This document shows positions 9,457-18,771 of a stretch of 64,000 nt of DNA, one piece after another. This DNA is from Candidatus Parcubacteria bacterium. Lineage in GTDB: Bacteria; Patescibacteriota; Microgenomatia; UBA12405. The DNA lies in the NCBI GenBank assembly GCA_023396915.1, contig JAEWUV010000007.1, positions 146,077-210,076 of the forward strand. The letters are read 5' to 3'. Each line of letters starts with the position of its first letter. Positions within the stretch are counted from its first letter, which is position 1. The notes under the pieces are model-generated. The model worked only from the letters and a program-made list of their open reading frames with translations. It had not been told where the DNA came from and made no database searches. The position numbers and the translations under genes are program-made.

Positions 9457-10650
9457 ATGATACAATCATCCTATAATAATTACAACGTTATGAACAATAA
9501 TTCAATTTTCGATGATCTTTTCGTTTTAGAATTAGCCAATAACCATTGGGGAGACGTAAATAGAGGACTAAAAATTATCAGTGACTTTTCTAAAATTGTT
9601 AGATTTAATAATGTACGTGCTGCTATAAAATTTCAATTTCGCGATGTTGATAACTTTATTCACCCAGATTATATAAATAGAACTGATGTTCGATATATAG
9701 GCAAAACACTAGCCACTAAACTATCAGATCAAAATCTCGATATCCTAGTAAAAGCTTGTAAAAAAAGTGGTTGTATTACTATGGCCACACCTTTCGACGA
9801 AAGATCAGTTGATCTTTGTACCGAATTAAATATTGAAATAATAAAAATTGCTAGTTCTGATATTAATGATTGGGTTTTAATTGAAAAAATCGCCACTACT
9901 AAAAAACCAGTGGCTATGTCTACAGGAGGATCATCTTTAAAAGATATAGATGATTTAGTAAAATTCTTCGAAAATCGCAATATTCCATTAGCTATTAATC
10001 ATTGCGTATCTATTTATCCATCAGAAGATAACGAACTTGAATTAAACCAAATTGATTTTCTTAAAAACAGGTATCCTGACCACGTAATCGGGCTATCTAG
10101 CCATGAATACCATGATTGGGATTCATCAATAACGATTGCCTATGCCAAAGGTGCTAGGACTTTTGAAAGACATATAGACATAAGCACTGAAGATAAAACA
10201 GTTAGTCCATACTGTTCCTTACCACACCAAATAGACAAATGGTTCAAAGCTTTTCATAAAGCCAGAGAAATGTGTGGTGGTAGCGCAGATACAAAAAGAG
10301 TCCCTCCAAAAAAAGAAATTGATTATTTAGACCAATTAGTCAGAGGTGTCTATGCCAAAGAAGACCTACCAATAGGACATGTATTATCTGATGCAGATAT
10401 ATTTTTAGCAATTCCTTTACTTAAAGGTCAAATTTCTTGTCGAGAACTTATGTCTGGAGAAGTTCTCATCAAGCCAGTTGAAAAAAATAAACCAATTTTT
10501 ATTGATATGATAGATAGCCCATACGCTTACAATGAAGAACTTAAAAAAACAATATATGAAAGAGGAATAGATATGACTCCACCCGCAGAGACAGAAACAC
10601 CAAAAGAAAGTACTAATCAAACTCAACCAATCTTCAACAATCCTAAATAA
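9457..10650 (+). CDS. NeuB-family PEP-dependent aldolase (sialic/pseudaminic/legionaminic acid synthase-like) with C-terminal SAF domain
   Basis: LELANNHWGD, IKFQF, MATPFDERSVDL...IIKIASSDINDW, CVSIYPS, IGLSSHE and TFERHID all align with NeuB motifs. Confidence 0.8.
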   Translation: MIQSSYNNYNVMNNNSIFDDLFVLELANNHWGDVNRGLKIISDFSKIVRFNNVRAAIKFQFRDVDNFIHPDYINRTDVRYIGKTLATKLSDQNLDILVKACKKSGCITMATPFDERSVDLCTELNIEIIKIASSDINDWVLIEKIATTKKPVAMSTGGSSLKDIDDLVKFFENRNIPLAINHCVSIYPSEDNELELNQIDFLKNRYPDHVIGLSSHEYHDWDSSITIAYAKGARTFERHIDISTEDKTVSPYCSLPHQIDKWFKAFHKAREMCGGSADTKRVPPKKEIDYLDQLVRGVYAKEDLPIGHVLSDADIFLAIPLLKGQISCRELMSGEVLIKPVEKNKPIFIDMIDSPYAYNEELKKTIYERGIDMTPPAETETPKESTNQTQPIFNNPK

Positions 10651-11614
10651 TTTTTTTGTACCAATCAAAAATACCTTTAGAAGTTTTTGATATTAAACTT
10701 TCATTTTTCCACCCAATCTTTTTTATTTTGTCATAATTTAATGATTGGTAGGGGATTTCGTTTTTAGCAATATTTAAAACTTTATAAGGAACTTTTTTAC
10801 CCAAAGCTTTTTCAATTTCTTTTATTAAATCTATTACCGACAAAGTATCATTTGATCCAAAATTAAAAGCTTCACCTTTTACTTCATCAATTTTTTCGGC
10901 CAACATCAAATAACCTTTCACCACATCTTTGACATATAAATAATCACGCACTGCTTTACCATCGCTTCTCAACTCTAAAGTTTCATTTTTAAGTAAAGAC
11001 ATCATAATTCCTGGAATAATCCGAGAAAAATTATTATCACCTTCACCATAAATATTTCCAAATCGAGTAATAACCACTGGTACTTGGTAAGTTTTAAAAT
11101 ACATTCTCGAAATCAAATCAGTCGCCGATTTTGACACATCATAAGGATGATCACCTTTTACCGGGTCTGTTTCTATATACTGTCCCGAAGCTAATTTACC
11201 ATAAGCTTTATCTGACGATGCCACTACAACTGCTTTTATTTTTGGATAAAGCCTGGCGCTTTCCAATATATTTGTTGTCCCCATCACATTCGACTTTATG
11301 GTTTTTAACGGATTAGCATAAGCTGTAGTCACTATTGCCTGAGCCGCCAAATGGAAAATATAATCAATTTCAAATTTCGTTACTAAATCCATCACTCCAT
11401 CAAAATCAGCTATATCTACCTGTGCCATAACAACTTTTTTATCAAATCCTTTCACCATAAAATAAGACAAAGGATCGGTGTATTCAAAAGTAGTTACAAC
11501 ATTAGCCCTCTGATTGATTAATTCCTCAACTAAATGAGATCCAACAAAACCAGTTCCACCCGTCACTAAAACATTTTTTCCTGCAAATTTATTTTTTATT
11601 TCCATATTTTCCAA
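10643..11614 (-). CDS. rfbG: NDP-hexose 4,6-dehydratase, CDP-glucose 4,6-dehydratase-like
   Basis: VLVTGGTGFVGSHL, FHLAAQ, TNVMGT, SSDKAYG, YDVSK. Lies adjacent to rfbF. Confidence 0.65.
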   Translation of the reverse strand: MENMEIKNKFAGKNVLVTGGTGFVGSHLVEELINQRANVVTTFEYTDPLSYFMVKGFDKKVVMAQVDIADFDGVMDLVTKFEIDYIFHLAAQAIVTTAYANPLKTIKSNVMGTTNILESARLYPKIKAVVVASSDKAYGKLASGQYIETDPVKGDHPYDVSKSATDLISRMYFKTYQVPVVITRFGNIYGEGDNNFSRIIPGIMMSLLKNETLELRSDGKAVRDYLYVKDVVKGYLMLAEKIDEVKGEAFNFGSNDTLSVIDLIKEIEKALGKKVPYKVLNIAKNEIPYQSLNYDKIKKIGWKNESLISKTSKGIFDWYKKII

Positions 11615-12375
11615 GGTGGATTAGATTCACTCCACCAAGTGTTTAAATCCTTTAATTCCTTATTAGTATCCATACAAGCCCAAAAACCATCATGGTTATA
11701 CAATGAAAGCTGTTTTTCTTTGGCCAATCTTTGCAATGCTGGATGCTCTGTTTCACCAGGTCTTAAATATTTAAAAAATTCTCTATTAAACACCATATAT
11801 CCACCGTTAACCCAATCGTTCATTACTGGTTTTTCAGTAAACTCTTTAACCTTATTTTTCGAATCAACTAAAACAACACCAAATTTAGAAATCGGATGTA
11901 TTCCGGTTATTGTCCCTATTGTTTTTTGTCTTTTGTGAAATTCTAATAATTTTTTTATATTAATATCACTCACACCATCTCCGTAAGTCACCATAAAACT
12001 TTCATCTTCTTTTGGAATATATTTTTTACATTTTAAAATTCTTTCGCCTGGCATAGTTTCTAAACCCGTATCCACAAAAGTAATTTTAAAATCATCAACT
12101 TCTTCTCTGTTTTCCATATGGTACTCACATTCAAAATCTTTTGTATTTAAAGTAAAATCAGAAGTCAAAGCCTTTTGGTTCAAAAAGAAAGTTTTTATAT
12201 AGTCACCTTTGTAACCCAAAGCCAAAATAAACTCATTAAATCCGTAAAACGAATACATTTTCATGATATGCCACAAAATTGGCTTATTACCCACATATAC
12301 CATTGGCTTTGGTTTAAATTCCGTTTCTTCTCGCAACCTAGTTCCTTGACCACCACAAAGAATAATAACTTTCAT
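11596..12375 (-). CDS. rfbF: glucose-1-phosphate cytidylyltransferase
   Basis: MKVIILCGGQGTRLREETEFKPKPMVYVGNKPILWHIMKMYSFYG is nearly diagnostic of RfbF. Confidence 0.85.
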   Translation of the reverse strand: MKVIILCGGQGTRLREETEFKPKPMVYVGNKPILWHIMKMYSFYGFNEFILALGYKGDYIKTFFLNQKALTSDFTLNTKDFECEYHMENREEVDDFKITFVDTGLETMPGERILKCKKYIPKEDESFMVTYGDGVSDINIKKLLEFHKRQKTIGTITGIHPISKFGVVLVDSKNKVKEFTEKPVMNDWVNGGYMVFNREFFKYLRPGETEHPALQRLAKEKQLSLYNHDGFWACMDTNKELKDLNTWWSESNPPWKIWK

Positions 12376-12415
12376 AAAGTGATGATACCACAGCCCAATA
12401 TATAGTAGAATATGT

Positions 12416-13648
12416 TTGCAAATGTTTAATTTTAAATATTACTTCAAAAAACAAGTTATCGATTTTCAAAAATATGGTTGGGCTGGAGTATTTACCAAAA
12501 TCAAAAATAGACTTATATACCCAATTTTAAAAATTAGGATAAAAAAAATTCTAAAAACAGCCAAAAACTATCATCGTAAATCCATACTCATCGTCAATGG
12601 TGCCGAAAAATCTGTTTCTGAAATTCACCGAGTAAAACATTTAGAAGACAAACTTAAAATATTAAACATTCCTTTTTTATCCTTAACTGATAATTTACTT
12701 AATCGTTTTACTCCAAGAAATATTAATAAATTTAATTTACTTTATATTCATCGATGCCCTTACAAAAATAACATTATTACATTAATTAACGATTTTAAAA
12801 ATCAACACAAACTGGTTATCTATGATATTGACGATCTAATTTTTGACAAAGACCAACTTAAAAAAATAAGTTTTCTTAAAAACATGAACTCACGATTTTG
12901 CCATCAATTTATTCAAAATACCGACGTTCATTTAAAAATTATGAAGAGGTGTGATTTTACAATCACACCAACTAAATTTCTTTCTCAATACATCAACAAA
13001 AAATATAAAATCCATACCAAAGTTTTACGTAACCACTTGGATCAAAGCAGTCTAGACAAAGGCCGAAAAATTTACCAAGCTCAAAAACAATCTCAAAATA
13101 AAAATATAACCATCGGCTATTTTTCCGGTACTAAAACTCATGACAAAGATTTTCAAATTATTCAACCTTCACTTCAAAAACTTTTGACTCAAAACCCAAA
13201 TTTAAATCTAAAAATAGTCGGTATCTTAGATATAAATTCAAGTCTTAACAAATTCAAAAATCAAATAATCACCCACAAAAAAGTTCCTTATAAAAGATTA
13301 ATGAACTTGTATAAAGGTGTTGATATCAATATCGCCCCTTTAGAAATAAATAATGATTTTTGTGAAAGCAAAAGTGAATTAAAATATTTCTTTGCCGCCG
13401 CTTGTGGTATTCCTACCGTCGCTTCTGCCACCGACGCTTTTAAACACGCTATCAAACAAGGAGAGAACGGTTACCTTTGTAAAAATTCATCCGATTGGTA
13501 TCAATATTTAAATCGACTTATTCAAAATAAAAAAGAAAGATTAGTTATGGGTAAAAAAGCCTTTATCCAAACCAAACAAGAATATTCACCCAAATATCAA
13601 GCTAAACAACTTAAAAAGATACTAGAAGAAGTAAAATTTTATGACTAA
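12416..13648 (+). CDS. GT-B fold glycosyltransferase (GT4-like C-terminal domain)
   Basis: C-terminal ESKSELKYFFAAACGIPTVASATDAFKHAIKQGENGYLC resembles the GT4 E-x7-E region. Divergent from rfbF with a 40-bp spacer. Confidence 0.6.
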   Translation: MQMFNFKYYFKKQVIDFQKYGWAGVFTKIKNRLIYPILKIRIKKILKTAKNYHRKSILIVNGAEKSVSEIHRVKHLEDKLKILNIPFLSLTDNLLNRFTPRNINKFNLLYIHRCPYKNNIITLINDFKNQHKLVIYDIDDLIFDKDQLKKISFLKNMNSRFCHQFIQNTDVHLKIMKRCDFTITPTKFLSQYINKKYKIHTKVLRNHLDQSSLDKGRKIYQAQKQSQNKNITIGYFSGTKTHDKDFQIIQPSLQKLLTQNPNLNLKIVGILDINSSLNKFKNQIITHKKVPYKRLMNLYKGVDINIAPLEINNDFCESKSELKYFFAAACGIPTVASATDAFKHAIKQGENGYLCKNSSDWYQYLNRLIQNKKERLVMGKKAFIQTKQEYSPKYQAKQLKKILEEVKFYD

Positions 13649-14627
13649 TCAAGTATACGGTGTCAGCTTTATTATTCCCACCTGGAACAAGAAAGATTTA
13701 ATTATAAAATGTATCCAGCTACTTGATAAACAACTGTCTATCGAACGTCCTGAAATCAAAAAAGAAATTATTGTGGTCGAAAACGGCTCTACTGATGGTA
13801 GTTTTGAGGCTTTATCAAAACTTAAAACTAAAACTCCTTTTAAAATCCTTGCTCAAAAAACTAATCTGGGTTTTGCCAAAGCTATTAATTTGGCCGTCAA
13901 AAAGGCTAAATATGACTACCTTTATTTTCTTAATAATGACATGGAAGTTCAAAATGGATTTTTCACAGAAATTACCAAAACAGGCAATAATCTATTATCA
14001 AAAAATATTAGCTTTTTTGGCATTGCTTCACAAATATTTTTCTTTAATCCAAAGGTAAAGCGGGTAGAATCCGGCAAAACCTGGACTCAGTTTAAAAATG
14101 GAAAATTATTAGTGGGGCATGAATTAAACCCCAAAAAACTTACTCAAATTTCACCAACTGCTTACTGTGGAGGGGGATCATCTTTGATTAATAAACAAAT
14201 ATTTAATCTCCTTGGTGGCTTAGATAGCAAAGTTTATATTCCTATGTACTGCGAAGATTTAGATTTAAGTTTTGTTGCCTGGAAAAAAGGTTACCCATCC
14301 TACTTTTGCCCCAATTCAAAAGTAATTCATCACCACCGCAGCAGTAGTAAACTTTTATCTATTAGCCCCGATTATTATATTCACAAAAATTATTTATCTT
14401 TTTGTCTTAAAAATTTTGACAGTCCAATATTATTATCCAAATTATTTTTATACTACCCACTTTATTTAATCTTTAAAAAAGATTATGGGAAATATTTAAT
14501 TGATAACCTAAAAAACCTAAAAAATATTAAACGTTCTAAAGATAAATTAAAAAAAATACCCAATAAATACAAAGATATTAAACTAATAAATTTCAAATTT
14601 TTTATTAAAACATATGAACAAACCTAG
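13641..14627 (+). CDS. family 2 glycosyltransferase
   Basis: VSFIIPTWNKKDLIIKCIQ...VVENGSTDGS. Confidence 0.75.
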   Translation: MTNQVYGVSFIIPTWNKKDLIIKCIQLLDKQLSIERPEIKKEIIVVENGSTDGSFEALSKLKTKTPFKILAQKTNLGFAKAINLAVKKAKYDYLYFLNNDMEVQNGFFTEITKTGNNLLSKNISFFGIASQIFFFNPKVKRVESGKTWTQFKNGKLLVGHELNPKKLTQISPTAYCGGGSSLINKQIFNLLGGLDSKVYIPMYCEDLDLSFVAWKKGYPSYFCPNSKVIHHHRSSSKLLSISPDYYIHKNYLSFCLKNFDSPILLSKLFLYYPLYLIFKKDYGKYLIDNLKNLKNIKRSKDKLKKIPNKYKDIKLINFKFFIKTYEQT

Positions 14628-14706
14628 TCTTCTTCTTGTCTCGGCCATTCCACCTCAACCCCAAACAAGTGGGGGAGCCAACAATCACGTCAAAACTATG
14701 ATATAA
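14614..14706 (+). pseudogene. 30-codon remnant of a GT4 glycosyltransferase 5' end (MNKPSLLLVSAIPPQPQTSGGANNHVKTMI*)
   Basis: ATG overlaps the GT2 stop. LLLVSAI..PQTSGG matches the N-terminus of the downstream truncated GT4 (16126-). Terminates after 30 codons. Confidence 0.6.
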
Positions 14707-14733
14707 CCATATCAAAACGATATGGTTTTTATT
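14706..14733 (+). terminator. rho-independent terminator hairpin (ACCATATC-AAAAC-GATATGGT + TTTTTATT)
   Basis: Perfect 8-bp inverted repeat with a 5-nt loop, followed by a T-run. Confidence 0.55.
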
Positions 14734-14753
14734 AATTTTTGATATGATTTTAT

Positions 14754-14811
14754 AAAAACTTGCGAAAACGTGCAATTTCTATATAAAAAAACTTGCGAAA
14801 ACGTGCAATTT
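14754..14811. repeat. two perfect 25-bp direct repeats (AAAAACTTGCGAAAACGTGCAATTT) with 33-bp period, 17 nt upstream of the ATPase start
   Basis: Copies at 14754-14778 and 14787-14811. Each contains a TTGC-N8-GCAA partial dyad. Confidence 0.8.
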
Positions 14812-14827
14812 TTACTAAAATTTTAAT

Positions 14828-16123
14828 ATGAAACGAGATATCACAAGTAAATTATTGGAATGGAAAAACTCAGAAAACCGTAAACCATTAATTTTAACCG
14901 GCGCCAGACAAGTTGGGAAAACCTGGATTTTAAAAGAATTTGGCAAGCAATACTATCAAAATACTGCGTACATCATGTTTGAAAAAAACGAAAACATGAA
15001 AAAATTATTTGACGGATCTCTGTCGCCCAAAGATTTATTACCTTTTCTTCAAGCAGAGACTAACATCTCAATAGACCCAAAAAATACATTGATAATTTTT
15101 GATGAAATCCAAGCCGTCCCCAATGCCATTACCTCTCTTAAGTTTTTCAACGAGGAAGCACCGGAATATTCAATTATTGCTGCCGGTTCCACGTTAGGAG
15201 TTACCTTACACAATAGTGGATCTTTTCCCGTTGGTAAGGTAAATTTTATGACTCTTTATCCTATGACGTTTTTGGAATTTTTAGATGCCAACAATGAAAA
15301 ACAATTAACAGATTTAATAAAAAATACAAAAGAGTTATCTTCGATAAATATATTTCACGAAAAATTAGATAAATATCTCAAACAATATTTTTTGATTGGC
15401 GGGATGCCTGAAGTTGTTAAAAAATATATTGAAACAAACAGTTTTGAAGAAGCTCGTACAATTCAAAAACAATTACTTGACTCTTACAACCAAGATTTTT
15501 CCAAATATACAACACCCATAGCTGCAACTAAACTTCAAATGGTTTGGAAATCAATTCCTTCTCAAATAACCAAAGAAAATCGTAAATTTATATATGGAGC
15601 AGTTAAAAATAGTGCCCGAGCCAGAGATTTCGAAACCACTATACAGTGGTTAGTTGACAGTTCATTAGTAAATAAAATTAATCGAGTTAGTCTACCTAAA
15701 CCACCATTAAAAAGTTACGAGGAATTTGAGATTTTTAAGTTATTTCTGCATGATATTGGTTTACTTGGAGCTATGGTTAACGCATCACCAAAATCAATCA
15801 TCAACAATAATAATATTTACACTGAATTTAAAGGAGCATTAGCAGAACAATTTGTTTGTCAGGAGTTAATAGCCTCCGGGATAGAAACATTCTATTGGTC
15901 AGCTAATGACTCAAGACAAGAAATAGATTTCTTGACAGAAAGAAATAATGAAGTTATTCCTATTGAAGTAAAATCAGGAAAAAATTTAACATCAGTTTCA
16001 TTTAATAGATTTATGAAGGCTAACCAGTCAAAATATGGTTATAAAATATCAAATAGGCCTTATATGAATAACAAAAAAATAATAAATTTACCATTATATT
16101 TAACCTCAACAATATCCCAATAA
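14828..16123 (+). CDS. AAA+ ATPase of the AAA_14/DUF4143 family (function unknown)
   Basis: Walker A TGARQVGKT, Walker B LIIFDEIQ, then a C-terminal DUF4143-like region. 431 aa. Confidence 0.7.
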   Translation: MKRDITSKLLEWKNSENRKPLILTGARQVGKTWILKEFGKQYYQNTAYIMFEKNENMKKLFDGSLSPKDLLPFLQAETNISIDPKNTLIIFDEIQAVPNAITSLKFFNEEAPEYSIIAAGSTLGVTLHNSGSFPVGKVNFMTLYPMTFLEFLDANNEKQLTDLIKNTKELSSINIFHEKLDKYLKQYFLIGGMPEVVKKYIETNSFEEARTIQKQLLDSYNQDFSKYTTPIAATKLQMVWKSIPSQITKENRKFIYGAVKNSARARDFETTIQWLVDSSLVNKINRVSLPKPPLKSYEEFEIFKLFLHDIGLLGAMVNASPKSIINNNNIYTEFKGALAEQFVCQELIASGIETFYWSANDSRQEIDFLTERNNEVIPIEVKSGKNLTSVSFNRFMKANQSKYGYKISNRPYMNNKKIINLPLYLTSTISQ

Positions 16124-16125
16124 AA

Positions 16126-17184
16126 AATCTTCTTCTAGTCTCTGCTATTTCACCAACCCCTCAAACCAGTGGGGGATCGGTAAGAATAAAAAACACACTC
16201 GAACAACTTTCAAAATATTACCACGTCGATTTTGTTACTTTTGACGAATCAAAAATTAAAACTCAATCAAAAAAAATAACTTCAAAAATCCCTTATTGGT
16301 TTTCACCTTGGTATAACCCAAAATTAATTTCTCAAATTCAAAAATTAACCTCCGAAAACAAATACGACATTATTCAAATCGAGTTTAGCCAATTACTTTA
16401 TTTAGCTAAATATTTACCCCAAAACACCCGAAAAATCTTCACTGCTCACGACATTTCCACTATTTCTTTTTATCGTCGTGTTTCAGAAGACAATCCATCA
16501 ATTTTAAAAAAAATAATCAGGCTTTTATTTTTTCTTCAAATTTATTTCTACGAAAAAAAATACCTACCAAAATTCGATACTATTATTACTGTTTCCCAAA
16601 AAGACCAACAAACACTACAAAAATGGCTACCAGACAAAAACATAATTTGTTTGGAAAACGGCATTGAAAAAATAAATTTTCTGTCTAAAAAACCATCAAA
16701 AATACTTAAACTTGGCTATATCGGATCCTTTAACCATACTCCAAACTTAAATGCTGTTAAATATTTTTTCGACAAAATCGCCCCGTTATTTAACAAAGAA
16801 AAAATTAAATATGAATTCTACTTAGCCGGAAACAATGATCCTCAATTCATTAAAAACAATTTCCCTAAGGCCATAAATTTAGGAAAAGTAAAATCAGTAA
16901 AGGATTTTTACAAAAAAATCGACTGTCTAATTACCCCGATTTTTGCTGGCTCCGGTTCTCGAATCAAGATTCTTGAAGCGTTAAGTTTTGGTATTCCTGT
17001 CGTTTCCAGCCCTGTTGGTGCCGAAGGAATAAATGTAAAATCCGACTACCTTCAAATAGCCAAAACTCCACAAGATTATATAAAATACCTTAAAAATCTC
17101 TCCAAAAGCAATCAACAACTCAAAAAAGAACTTAGCCCATTATTATGGACAAACATATTTAAAAAATACCCACAATTTATTTAA
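16126..17184 (+). pseudogene. GT4 glycosyltransferase lacking a start codon (5' end displaced by the ATPase insertion)
   Basis: Frame open from 16072 with no ATG/GTG before the TTG at 16651. Translation NLLLVSAISPTPQTSGGSVRIKNTLEQL... through to the C-terminal GT4 motif EALSFGIPVVSSPVGAEG. Confidence 0.6.
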
Positions 17185-17189
17185 CCATT

Positions 17190-18179
17190 ATGGTCAATAT
17201 TGCTTTTTCCTCCGATAATAATTACGCCTCATTTTTGTGTGCCTCCATTTTTTCTTTACTCAAAAATTCCAATAAACAAAACAAATATAATATTTATATT
17301 TTAGACGGAGGAATATCTAAAATAAACAAGACCAAAATTTTAAACAGCATCAAACAATTTAAAAACAAAAAAATAGAATTTATTAAAGTAAACCAAGAAA
17401 TTTTTAAAAATATTAAACAGTTTCTCTAACTTAATCAATCATCATATTACCGTTTATTATTACCACAGATTCTTCCAAAAATTAAAAAAATAATTTACTG
17501 TGACTGTGACCTTTTAATTTTAAAAGATATTTCAAATTTATATAACCAAAAACTTGGCAACAATTTGATTGGTTGCTGTCAAATATTTCACCCAAATTAC
17601 CAATCAATCTTACAAAGAATACATCCCCAAACAAAAATCAGACAGGCTATAAATTCGGGTGTAACCTTAATGAATTTAGATAAACTCAGACAAGGAAACT
17701 ATTCTAAAATTTTTATAAACTTTGTTAACAGAAATTCTCACAAACTTATTGCTGGTGACCAAGATGTTTTAAATATTGTTCTGTCTAACAAAATTAAGAT
17801 CATCAACCCAAAATGGAATACCACATCATATCTTTTTGTCGTTAATAATTATAAAAAATGTAATTTATCCAAAAAATTATTTAACACATGTACCCAAAAT
17901 CCCTCAATTGTTCATTTTGACGGTATAAAACCATGGATTAGCGGATCGTCTCATCCATACAAAAAAATATTTTTCAAATATATTAAAAAAACTGAATTTA
18001 AAGACTACAAAATAAAACCAAATCTTAAAAAATTTTTATTTAATCAAGTCTTTTATCTTGGTAATAAGATCGCTAATTTATTACCCCAAAAGATATATAA
18101 TCTAGTCGAAAAACAATATCTTAAAAATAATTTTTTAGAAAAACGTTACCAACAAATTATTAAAAATGAAACTAAGTAA
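17190..18179 (+). pseudogene. GT8-family glycosyltransferase interrupted by an in-frame TAA at 17427-17429
   Basis: ORFs 17190-17429 and 17565-18179 are in the same frame. Sequence after the stop reads LNQSSYYRLLLPQILPKIKKIIYCDCDLLIL (GT8 DxD region). Preceded by MVNIAFSSDNNYA (GT8 N-terminus). Confidence 0.6.
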
Positions 18180-18771
18180 GCCTCTCTTAAACTATTTAAA
18201 TTTTATTCTCGGCCAAATTAAAAGAGGTTTTGGTATTTTTTATACCAAAGATTTAATTCCCGAATATAAAAATTCAATCGGAAAACATACCTATGGTTTG
18301 CCAAAAATTTTTAAACTAGAACCAGACAGTAAATTAACCATCGGAAAATTTTGCTCTATTGCCAATGGTGTAAAAATATTCCTTGACGGAGAACACAATA
18401 CCAAAAATATTTCAACTTATCCTTTTGGATATTTTAATAATTTTAAAACTAAAAAACGTTACAAAACGCTATCAAAAGGTGAAGTAATCATTGGAAATGA
18501 TGTTTGGATTGGTTATGGGGTAACTATCCTTTCTGGAGTCAATATTGGCGACGGAGCCGTGATCGGTGCTTGTTCCCTTGTCACCAAAGATATTCCACCA
18601 TACAGTATCGTCGGTGGAATCCCGGCTAAATTAATTAAAAAAAGATTTAATCAACAAACTATAGACAAGTTAGAAAAAATAAAATGGTGGAATTGGAGTG
18701 ATAAAACAATCCAAAAAAATATAAAAATACTACAATCAAACAATCCAAAATTACTTAATAAACTTTACTAA
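18166..18771 (+). CDS. hexapeptide-repeat (left-handed beta-helix) acetyltransferase
   Basis: IGNDVWIGYGVTILSGVNIGDGAVIGACSLVTKDIPPYSIVGGIPAK. Confidence 0.8.
   Translation: MKLSKPLLNYLNFILGQIKRGFGIFYTKDLIPEYKNSIGKHTYGLPKIFKLEPDSKLTIGKFCSIANGVKIFLDGEHNTKNISTYPFGYFNNFKTKKRYKTLSKGEVIIGNDVWIGYGVTILSGVNIGDGAVIGACSLVTKDIPPYSIVGGIPAKLIKKRFNQQTIDKLEKIKWWNWSDKTIQKNIKILQSNNPKLLNKLY

Noticed and set aside
17427-17429. Stop-codon reassignment (alternative genetic code) to explain the in-frame TAA in the GT8 gene
   Set aside because: TAA, TAG and TGA all terminate conserved genes at expected positions throughout the window (for example metK and glyQS with TAA, the 35247-35723 ORF with TGA). A pseudogene or sequencing error is more parsimonious.
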